This document shows, one piece after another, positions 26,505 to 36,325 of a DNA stretch of 42,794 bases. This DNA is from Octopus sinensis (lineage: Eukaryota). Numbering within the stretch: position 1 is the stretch's first letter; the number at the start of each line of letters is the position of its first letter. A program made the translations under genes and the position numbers. Where the stretch lies: NCBI RefSeq assembly GCF_006345805.1, contig NW_021835261.1, positions 1-42,794 of the forward strand, written 5' to 3'. The notes below the pieces were generated by a model, which ran no database searches, was not told the origin of the DNA, and was given only the letters and a program-made list of their open reading frames with translations.

Positions 26505-26811
26505 ATTCTGTTGTGTCTGGGGAGAGTCATTTTCTTTTTGTGCCCTATAATTTAACACACTGACCGGTAAAATTTCCACTATATATTTATATATCTACAT
26601 ATATGCATATATATGTATATTTTCATTGCGTCCTGCAACCTTTTCATTAGTACTGACAACCTTTTCAATAGTCAAGACTATTGAAAAGGTTGCAAGACGC
26701 AAGGAAAATTTTAGGAAAATAAAAATAAGAAATAAGTGGAAATTTTACCGGTGTGTGTGTTACATTATAAGGCACAAAAAGAAAATGACTCTCCCCAGAC
26801 ACAACAGAATA
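26505..26811. mobile_element. fold-back palindromic element, family P1
   Basis: 76-bp outer arms (26505-80 / 26735-810) are near identical. Inner arms centre on AATAGTCAAGACTATT. Confidence 0.9.
26678..26714 (+). ncRNA. putative minimal type-I hammerhead, U3-A8 variant (one damaged stem II pair)
   Basis: CTA-TTGAAAA-G-GTTGC-AAGAC-GCAAG-GAAA-AT-TT-TAG. 3-bp stem I, palindromic AATT stem III. The G10.1 partner is G here and T in the other arm. Confidence 0.45.
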
Positions 26812-27203
26812 TGATTCAACACACGAACTCACATAAAGAATCTTGCAAACCAAATCCAAAAACGAAGTAGAATACAGATTTTTCGTTTCCTGAAGTGTGT
26901 ATAACATTTTTTTGTTGCCGGACTCTGTATATCTCAGAAAGAAACCCTATCAATCAAGTTATACTTAGAACTTTCGTCCGTGTCTTCTGCTTCAAACGCT
27001 GCAAATCTGCAGTGGGAGTGAAGAGCAATCTGAAAGAGGGAATGTCAGAAATCCGTTGGTAATGGAGAGGCTCAGCGAGATGGCAATCATCTTAGTAGAT
27101 GGAGCAGTAACTATGTATTCATGTGTAGTCCTTTTGTTTAACCAACTCCTTGCATGTAGTCCCAGCAGACCACCAGTGTCCAATTTGTAGCAGAGCCTTA
27201 CAA

Positions 27204-27371
27204 GCAGGAGTAGCTGTGTGGTAAGTAACTTGCTTACCAAGCACATGGTTCCGGGTTCAGTCCCACTGCGGGGCACCTTGGGCATGTGTCTTCTACTATA
27301 GCCTCGGGCCGACCAAAGACTTGTGGATGGATTTGGTAGACGGAAACTGAAAGAAGCCCGTCCTATATATG

Positions 27372-27433
<62 letters not shown>

Positions 27434-27444
27434 TATATACATAC

Positions 27445-27480
<36 letters not shown>

Positions 27481-27686
27481 TGTGTGTTGTGTGTTTGTCC
27501 CCCCAGCATCGCTTGAGAACCGATGCTGGTGTGTGTTTACGTCCCCGTAACTTAGCGGTTCAGCAAAAGAGGCCGATAGAATAAGTACTAGGCTTACAAA
27601 GAATAAGTCCTGGGGTCGATTTGCTCGACTAAAAGTGGTGCTCCAGCATGGCCACAGTTAAATGACTAAAACAAGTAAAGAGAGTA
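27204..27686 (+). mobile_element. SINE-A, full length
   Basis: Head, (AT)n(GT)n, right module and tail. Confidence 0.9.
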
Positions 27687-28127
27687 AGCAGGTATCGCTC
27701 TGATTGGCCGCAGCCGGACACACCGCGTCCCTCCTTCATCTGCTCACTTGTATGTAATGTTCTTGGTCAACGTCGACAACGACGGACGAAATAAAATGAC
27801 ACAGCGTAGCTCTGATGGATCAGAATCCGAGGCTATGCTCATTTATAAGTATTCAAAGACTATATATTGAAAACTTTATCATATTTGCACTTCCGATTAG
27901 CTACTATTTCTAGCAAATGGAACGGTATGTTTGAACAAATGAAGCCCGTAACTATATGCATATTTTAAAATTCAAGTTCGAGTTATTTCCCTTACACCTG
28001 GAACGTTGATTGTTACAGTTATGTCCCTTGGGTACAGTTTATCATTTGAATCATGGAAGTTTTATTTCACTCACAATGCACACACTCACATGATACGCGC
28101 GCGCGCGTGCACACACACGCACTCACA

Positions 28128-28520
28128 TTCTTTTATTTTTTTGTATTTTTTACTTGTTTCAGTCATTTGACTGCGGCCATGCAGGAGCATCACTTTGAAG
28201 ATTCTTAGTCAAACAAACCGACCCCAGGACTTAATTTTTAAAACGTAATGCTTATTCTATCGGTTTGTATGCGGAGCCGCTAAGCTACGGAGACGTAAAC
28301 ATACCAACACCGGCTATCAAGCAGTAATGGGGGTTCAAGCACACATACACACACATATATGATGGGCTTCTTTCAGTTTCCGTCTACCAAATCCCCTCAC
28401 AAACTTTTATTCAGCCCCAGGCTATAGTAGAAGACAGTTGCACAAGGTGCTACGCAGTGAGACTGAACACAGAACCATGCAGTTGAGAAGCAAGTTCCTT
28501 ACCGTAGAGCCACGCATGCG
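28128..28520 (-). mobile_element. SINE-A
   Basis: Reverse-complement match to the family. Confidence 0.8.
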
Positions 28521-28595
28521 TTAATATTTTCTTATATGTTAAGTTATATACACAACCTGTCAAGCATTAAATTGAAGGATCATATATTCTTTTCT

Positions 28596-29545
28596 ACTCT
28601 AAGCACAAGGCCCGAAATTTTGGGGGAGGAGGGCCAGTCGATTACATCGACCCCAGTGCGTAACTGGTACTTAATTTATCGAAAGGATGAAAGGCAAAGT
28701 CGACCTTGGTGGAATTTTGAACTCAGAATGTAAAGACAGACGAAATACTTATTTCCTTACTACCCACAAGGAGCTAAAGATAGAGAGGATAAACAAGGAC
28801 AGACAAACGGATTAAGTTGATTACATCGACCCCAGTGCGTAACTGGTACATATTTAATCGACCCCGAGAGGATGAAAAGCAAAGTCGACCTCGGCGGAAT
28901 TTGAAATCACAACGTAACGCAGACGAAATACCTATTTCTATTTCTTTATTACCCACAAGGGGCTAAACACAGAGGCAACAAACAAGGACAGACATAGGTA
29001 TCAAGTCGATCACATCGACCCCAGTGCGTAACTGGTACTTAATTTATCGACCCCGAAAGGATGAAAAGCAAAGTCGACCTCGGCGGAATTTGAAATCACA
29101 ACGTAACGCAGACGAAATACCTATTTCTATTTCTTTATTACCCACAAGGGGCTAAACACAGAGGCAACAAACAAGGACAGACATAGGTATCAAGTCGATC
29201 ACATCGACCCCAGTGCGTAACTGGTACTTAATTTATCGACCCCGAAAGGATGAAAGGCAAAGTCGACCTCGGCGGAATTTGAAACACAACGTAACGCAGA
29301 CGAAATACCTATTTCTATTCTTTATTACCCACAAGGGGCTAAACACAGAGGCAACAAACAAGGACAGACATAGGTATCAAGTCGATCACATCGACCCCAG
29401 TGCGTAACTGGTACTTAATTTATCGACCCCGAAAGGATGAAAGGCAAAGTCGACCTCGGCGGAATTTGAACTCAGAACGTAACGGCAGACGAAATACCGC
29501 TAAGCATTTCGCTCGGCGTGCTAACGTTTCTGACAAGTCGCTGCC
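28596..29545 (-). mobile_element. SINE-B pentamer (one head, four ~189-bp units, terminal unit with alternative tail)
   Basis: Junctions at 28750/51, 28933/34, 29122/23 and 29310/11. Confidence 0.95.
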
Positions 29546-29696
29546 TTTGAAAGATTACATTATTACATAAACTGTGATAATATTTTAATCTTTATTTTTC
29601 CTAGTGATTGTGATTACGTATATATCTACTTTTGCGACCGTAGTAGGACGTCTTTTTTTTTGATGTCTTGTTTACAATCTAGGCATCTAGCTTTTA

Positions 29697-29762
29697 TTCT
29701 GAAATCTGAAAAATCCGAAATTCAGGACACAAGTGTTCCGGATAAAGGATAGTGCACCTGTA
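29697..29762. mobile_element. Tigger/pogo-like terminal fragment
   Basis: AAAATCCGAAATTC...CCGGATAAAGGATAGTGCACCTG+TA resembles the Tigger4-type end CGGATAAGGGATACTCAACCTG (from memory). Confidence 0.5.
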
Positions 29763-29967
29763 ATACTTTGCAGTTGAGAACCACATATATTTATACAAGG
29801 AAAAAATTGAAAGTGACTTCAGAAATATTCCGTAAATTTGAGGCAGAAGTGGGACGCCGTAGGTTTGAAGAAAGTAGAAGTGGTCAGAGTAGGCGAGAAG
29901 ACCAACACACACACACCACACACACACACAACACACCACACCCCACCCCCCATACACACATATATAT

Positions 29968-29999
<32 letters not shown>

Positions 30000-30019
30000 T
30001 CCGAAATTGCGAAGATAAT

Positions 30020-30150
30020 CTGGTACTCGGCTGAGGAAAGTAAACTCCGAATGACCCAGCCTTGTTTTCTTTGTATCGTCTATCTGGATGTTTTGTTGTT
30101 CAATTTTTGTATCACCTAACTGTCCGGATGTTTTGCGTTCTGTCCCATTT
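30020..30150 (+). mobile_element. PLE-like terminal-repeat relic with a decayed hammerhead
   Basis: GG-CTGAGGA-AAG-TAAA-CTCC-GAATGA-CC. Confidence 0.35.
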
Positions 30151-30269
30151 TGTATATTTATATATATAGAGAGAGGAGAGAGAGAAAGAGAGAGACACAC
30201 AGAAAATATATATAATATTATATAATATATATATATATATAATATATATATTTTTTTTTTTTTTTTTTT

Positions 30270-30353
30270 TTTTATAGAAGGAGCTTCTACAGGACTAGAA
30301 CTGTTTCATTTGAATGAAACAGTTCTAGTCCTGTAGAAGCTCCTTCTATAAAA
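30270..30353. repeat. perfect 41-bp inverted repeat with a 2-nt loop
   Basis: TTTTATAGAAGGAGCTTCTACAGGACTAGAACTGTTTCATT-TG-reverse complement. Confidence 0.98.
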
Positions 30354-30439
30354 TAAAATTAATTTACTCTGCTATGTATTGAGTACCTTATTTACTGTGG
30401 TTAACCCCGACTCAACCGGGACCTACATATTATATATAT

Positions 30440-30483
<44 letters not shown>

Positions 30484-30599
30484 GAAGAGAGAGATGAGAG
30501 AAAGAGAGAAAGAGAGAGATCAAGGAAGTTGACAGAAATGTCGGAGAAGACAGAGGTGAACTCAAGGGAAGGATATACATACGCATATCCATTTAGATG

Positions 30600-31135
30600 C
30601 TCATGTGCGCATGTCAGGGACTGAATTACAATCGTTAAGTAAATTATACTTAATATTCCATATTCTCTTATTTTTCGAGCACCATCCGGAGTATTTGAGG
30701 GCTGCTTTCTGCAAGTGCTCCAACCCTATTGCAGTCCCTGTTTGTTCCATGTACTTTTCAAGATTTTTACTCACTGTCCCCACGGCTCCGACAATTGTTG
30801 CTACTACTACCACCTTTTTCATCGAGCACAACTGTTTAACTTCCCAAGCTAACCTGTTTTATCTATCGACTTTTCTTTCTTCCTTATTACATACCTTGTT
30901 GTCAGCTGGGCATGCTATATCTATGATCCAACATCGTTTGCTTTCTTTCTCAATTAACACTATGTCTAGTTTCCTATTCTCTATCTCATGGTCGCACTGA
31001 ATCATAAAATCTATAGGATCTTTACATTATCATTTTCGATTATGCCATCTGTTTTTTTTTGCTCTGTCAAGTCCATACATGTTGCAAAGTGTGCAATTAA
31101 ACCCTTTGGAGCTCGTCTAACGACGTGAGAGTCCA
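30600..31135 (-). mobile_element. R4/Dong-like LINE 3' fragment (second subfamily)
   Basis: FMIQCDHEIENRKLDIVLIEK..CWIIDIACPADN..EEEKVDR*..IVGAVGTVSKNLEKY..HLQKAAL..RMVLEK*. (ATT)n at the 5' side. Confidence 0.9.
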
Positions 31136-31159
31136 TTATTATTATTATTATTATTATTA

Positions 31160-31221
31160 CTCTATTACTCTTTTATTCTTTTACTTGTTTCAGTCATTTG
31201 ACTGCGGCCATGCTGGAGCAC
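31160..31221 (-). mobile_element. SINE-A 3' end only
   Basis: CTTTTACTTGTTTCAGTCATTTGACTGCGGCCATGCTGGAGCAC. Confidence 0.85.
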
Positions 31222-31370
31222 GTTAAAAGAAGAGTGCCATTGTCATCTAGTGAACGATATTTCGACATCTTGTGTGTCTTCAACAGGTTCAAAAATTAAT
31301 TTTGTCAATCTACTTCATTTTGGTTAATATATAAAGGATTGAGGATTATTATTATTATTATTATTATTAT

Positions 31371-31926
31371 TGAGTGAGAGAGCAGTGCATGCCATCAAAG
31401 TGACACTGGGGTAAAATATACGAAGCCTCAATATACTCATCATGACTACCCGTCTGATAAGGGTACACCAGGCACATGCATCACAACCATATGTGCGCGA
31501 CATGGTGATCTCATATCAAGATAAACAGCACTGACCTTGCAGGTAGGGCCCAGTTAGAATTTTCTTCAGGTTGAGTAGCCCATCCCGCTCAAAAGGTCCT
31601 GAATAAGGGTTGTTTAAGGATGTTGAAAAGAACCACCCATATTTCCAGAGGTGAAATATTCAAACCCCAAAGAATCCCTCTCAACACATGGCTATGATGC
31701 TCCCCCACTACTTCTGCTCGTGATCAGAGATGCACATATCGTCAACCACTACGAGACATGCTCAACTGGTTAAGGTCAAACAACTGACAAGCAAATTGTG
31801 GTATTGAGCAGAATATTTGCTGTTAGCCCATCTTTATACCAAGACAAAACAATGTACATGATAACACTTCCAATCAGTTAAGATCAGAAGCCATGAGAGC
31901 CACTGCCTGGTACTGCATCAGGGCAT
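31371..31926 (-). mobile_element. ~560-bp interspersed element, copy 2, flanked by (TTA)n on both sides
   Basis: Reverse complement of 1282-1850. Confidence 0.85.
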
Positions 31927-32224
31927 TTATTATTATTATTTATATTATTATTATTATTATTATTATTATATTATATTATTATTATTATTGTATGCCGTAT
32001 TTGTATGTACGCAGACATGTGCGTGTATATACTTGTATGTATGTGCGTGTGTGTATATATGGCGGACTCGCTTGTCGTAAGCGACATATGTGGATTTCGG
32101 CAGCTTTTCGCTTAACAAACTGTACAAGCGATTTGCTTCCATCGACCAGATGTCTGTCCTGTACATTGCTCGCTCGCTCCATGGAATCGACATTGCCTGT
32201 CCACGTGCTCCAGTGTGTCGCACG

Positions 32225-32350
32225 TCAGACGTTGAAGTGATCGCAGAGTGAGGTGAGATGAAGTGTTTTGCTCAAGAATATAAGATACTACCTGGTGCAG
32301 GAATCGAAACCACGGCTACGAGATCGTAAGTGCAACGACGAAATCACCAA
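32225..32350 (-). mobile_element. tRNA-SINE head fragment
   Basis: Minus-strand B-box-like GGTTTCGATTCC. Confidence 0.5.
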
Positions 32351-32715
32351 CTCACTCCCTATCACTAGCGCACAGCTCCACTTTTTTTTACGATCCCTTT
32401 TTATCGGAATTCCCCCCTTTTTTTCACGATCCCTTTTGATCGGAGTTCGCCCCTCCCCTTTTTTTCCCTTCTCTTCTTCACAAAAAGAAAAGCTCTACTT
32501 TGCTTTTGGTCCCTTCTGTGTTTAGCCCTGCGTGGTCAATAAAGAAGCCTATCTATCTATCTATCTCTCTATCTACTATCTATCTATCTATCTATTATCT
32601 ATCTAATCTATCTATCATCTATCTATATCTATCTATCTATTATCTATCTATATTATATCTATCTATCTATCTATCTATCTACCTGCCTCTCTCTATATAT
32701 CTATCTATCTATCTA

Positions 32716-32762
<47 letters not shown>

Positions 32763-32787
32763 CACCTACCTACCTATATATACATAT

Positions 32788-32859
<72 letters not shown>

Positions 32860-32888
32860 TATAAATTAATCAATCAATCACTCAGTCC

Positions 32889-32921
<33 letters not shown>

Positions 32922-33398
32922 AAATATTCCTTTTACGACACCATTACGCTTTTATGCAACATCACTTTCCGAATATACACATGATTTAAAATGAAAACGT
33001 ATAGATTATTAATTACAAAGATCTATATACTATGTACTGCGGATCCTTATAAATTATGTTTAAATAAAGCATTGGAAATCCTTATGGCTGGCGACGTCAT
33101 TCTTGCCAGCAGAAAAGAGGCTGTTACTTTGTTTGCGCAGAAAGTCTTAAACATTCAAAATCTATGAGAAAACAAATAAGGAGAGTACGAAAGATTAAAA
33201 TGTTGTCTATGCATGTCTACATTTATATGTCACTCTATCTTATGTGCCTATGTGCATATATTGTTGTGTATATGTGTGTTTACGTGTGTATTTGTGCATG
33301 TGTGTATGTGTGTGTTGTATATATGAGTATATATGAGTATGTACTTGAATGTGTGAAAACACACACGTGTGTGTGTGTGTGTATGTGCGTGAAAATAC

Positions 33399-33440
<42 letters not shown>

Positions 33441-33563
33441 GTATATTTGTGGTGTGTGTGTGTGTGTGTGTGTGTAAAATATGTATCAAAATGTGTGTGT
33501 ATATATGTATGCATGAATATATGTACGAGTGTGTGTATATATATATATGCTTGAATATATATC

Positions 33564-33598
<35 letters not shown>

Positions 33599-33646
33599 GG
33601 AGATAGATATATATATGCTCCTCTCTCTCTCTCTCTCTCTTCTCTT

Positions 33647-33678
<32 letters not shown>

Positions 33679-33752
33679 ATATAATATATATATATATGTG
33701 CATACATGTATATGTATGTGACTATGCATAAATATGCATGTTTGTGTGTATG

Positions 33753-33834
<82 letters not shown>

Positions 33835-33875
33835 CATATATATATATACATTATATATATAATATATATATATAT

Positions 33876-33927
<52 letters not shown>

Positions 33928-34244
33928 TATACAAAGTATGTGTGTGTATATGTGTGTGTGTGACTCTGTGCCTGTATGCGCACCTGCAGATGGTTATGTG
34001 TTTAAAATTAGTGCTTTTTGAATTTACATGAAGGTCTTTGGACAACAACCACCCCGTGAGATCAATACCTATTGATATTTGTGTTTACATATTGTGTTTT
34101 CATATTCATTGTGTTTACATATTGTGTTTTCAAATCTCTGATTTCAGTCAATACACTATCTCTCCTTCTGACCTATTCTTCACCTTCCCCTCCAATGAGC
34201 TTCCTTATTTACTTACTCTTGCTTCTCTTTGTCATGGAAGTATT

Positions 34245-34410
34245 TGTTTATTGAGGTATGAAGCTTGTTTTTTAACCACATCGTTCCAGGTTCAGTCCCA
34301 CTGCGTGGCACCTTGGGCCAGTGTCTTCTACTATAGTCTTGAGCCGACCAAAGCCTTCACAGCGGATTTGGTCGGTGGAAACTAAAAGAAACACATCATA
34401 TATATATATG
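34245..34410 (+). mobile_element. SINE-A, 5' half
   Basis: GGTTCAGTCCCACTGCGTGGCACCTTGG. Confidence 0.8.
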
Positions 34411-34551
34411 GAGAGAGAGGGGGAGAGAGAGAGAGAGAGGGGGAGAGAGAGAGAGAGTGTGTGTGTGTGTGTTAGGTGTGATGTACAGAATTGAATATTG
34501 AGAAAAAAGTAGTCAAAATTTTCGGAAAAAATCCTTTAATACCTTTATTAT

Positions 34552-34588
34552 TACTAGCGCTTCGTTCCTCTCTAGAACTTGTCAAATA
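34552..34588 (-). ncRNA. mirror hammerhead copy (damaged)
   Basis: TAT-TTGACAA-GTTCT-AGAG-AGGAAC-GAA-GCGC-TA-GTA. One A is displaced from GAAA. Confidence 0.45.
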
Positions 34589-34596
34589 CAAAATTA

Positions 34597-34633
34597 TATT
34601 TGACAAGTTTTAGAGAGGACGAAAGCGCTAATA
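34597..34633 (+). ncRNA. putative minimal type-I hammerhead ribozyme, U3-A8 variant, intact
   Basis: TAT-TTGACAA-GTTTT-AGAG-AGGAC-GAAA-GCGC-TA-ATA. 3-bp stem I, 5-bp stem II (two G-U pairs, G10.1-C11.1), palindromic AGCGCT stem III, U16.1 and A17. Confidence 0.6.
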
Positions 34634-34690
34634 ATAAGAAAGGATTAAAGGATTTTTTTCCGAAAAATTTGACTACTTTTTTCTCAGTGT

Positions 34691-34748
<58 letters not shown>

Positions 34749-34754
34749 TATTTG

Positions 34755-35180
34755 CCGCAGGCGAGGATATGTGGTGAGAAGATTGCTCCCTAATCACATG
34801 GTTCCGGGTTCAATCCAACTGTTCGGCACCTTGGGTAAGTGTCTTCTATTATAGCCTCGGGCCGAACAAAGCCTTGTGAATGGATTTGGTATACATCATA
34901 CATACATACATATGTGTGTGTTTGTGTGTGTTTGTGTATGTAAGTGTTTGTCCCCACCACCACAACCACCACTACCACCACCGCTTGACAAGCGGTGTTG
35001 GTATGTTTACATCGCCGTGAAATAGCGGTTTGGCAAAAGAGTCTGACAAAGTAAATATCAAACTTAAAATAAAAGAATTAAGTGCTGAGATTCGATTCAT
35101 TAGACTTAAAAGGTCTTGAAGGCGGTGCCCCAGTATGGCCGCAGTCTAATGACTGAAACAACTAAATAGTAAAAAATAAC
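34755..35180 (+). mobile_element. SINE-A variant
   Basis: Head, short (GT)n, right module. Confidence 0.8.
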
Positions 35181-35198
35181 AGATGTATTCTCTTATTC

Positions 35199-35265
<67 letters not shown>

Positions 35266-35858
35266 GTTTTTTCCTTCTTTCTTCAAATTTTCTTCCGTTT
35301 CTCGCCGAGTGTTTTCCATACACCTAGGGCAGAGAAGCTCATTGTATGCATTCCCAGATTACACACGCAAATTCACAGATAAAATATGTATTTAAAAATT
35401 AATGAATAAATAAATTCATGGATAGATGTTGTTTTCACAGTGATAATGCTCTTCTCAGTACATGAGCCGTTCCAGTTAATACGATTTTTTGCACTTCCTG
35501 TAGGGATGGTAAGCCTGGAATCATTTTCAAATAGGTTTCAGTACCTTTTTTTTATCATTCCTAGAGATCCTACAATCACTGGTACTGTAGTTGCCTTGAG
35601 ATGCCACATTTTTTTCAATTTCTATTAGCAGGTCTTTGTATTTACTAATCTTGTCAAATTCCTTCGCCGCTATATTGTGATCGCAAGGGATACTCATGTC
35701 AATTAATAAACACATCTTTTTGTCTGATCTTTTATAATAATATCCGGTTTATTAGCTTTTATAGTCTTGTCGGTCTGTACGCGGAAGTCCCACAGAATCG
35801 ACACATTTTCTCCCTTCAGGATGGTGTTTATACCATTTGTCAGCGGTTTTGATTTTAT
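35266..35858 (-). mobile_element. 5'-truncated R4/Dong-like LINE inside (TAA)n
   Basis: DKWYKHHPE/GENVSILWDFRVQTDKTIKANKPDIIIKD/CLLIDMSIPCDHNIAAKEFDKISKYKDL. (ATT)n at 35193-265 and 35859-910. Confidence 0.92.
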
Positions 35859-35875
35859 ATTATTATTATTTGATT

Positions 35876-35911
<36 letters not shown>

Positions 35912-36039
35912 GCTGACCTTGTGCCGTCAATAATGACGCTAATTGTAGTATTTTATATAAAAAGAAGGTACCAAATAAGGTACATAATAATCACACATAC
36001 AAACATTCAAATACTTCCCTTGAACACGCACACACATAC

Positions 36040-36325
36040 AAATACACTCAGAGTTGAAACGCTGTTTGATTTTTCTTTTCCGTTTTGAACGTTCGCCATC
36101 CCATTTCCATTGCACACACGCACTTACACACCAACACATACAAAAATTGACATATCTCTCTTTTACATACACACACATACTCACACAGAGCTGAAATGCT
36201 GCTGGAATTTTTCTTTTCCGTGTTGAACGTTAACCACCCCATTTCCATTGCACAAACACATACAAACATTGACATATCTCTCTTTTACATCCACACACAT
36301 ATACTCACACAGAGCTGAAACGTTG
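36040..36325. repeat. ~120-135-bp tandem repeat, ~2.3 copies
   Basis: CAGAG(T/C)TGAAA..TTTTTCTTTTCCGT(T/G)TTGAACGTT..CCCATTTCCATTGCACA..ATTGACATATCTCTCTTTTACAT is repeated. Confidence 0.85.

Larger units (their letters stand above)
34499..34686. mobile_element. fold-back palindromic element, family P2
   Basis: ~90-bp arms (34499-588 / 34597-686), about 90% complementary by eye, with an 8-nt centre CAAAATTA. Confidence 0.92.

Noticed and set aside
29270-29310. Ribozyme inside the SINE-B concatemer unit
   Set aside because: TTGAAAC...GACGAAA has no proper box spacing or stem II, so self-cleavage cannot explain the concatemers on this evidence.
28596-29545. CRISPR-like array
   Set aside because: Units are ~189-bp SINE bodies without unique spacers, the DNA is eukaryotic, and there are no cas genes.
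32985-33167. 58-aa ORF with hairpin GCTGGC...GCCAGC and a CRE-like GACGTCA
   Set aside because: Short, with no homology cue or splice support. Such motifs are expected by chance.
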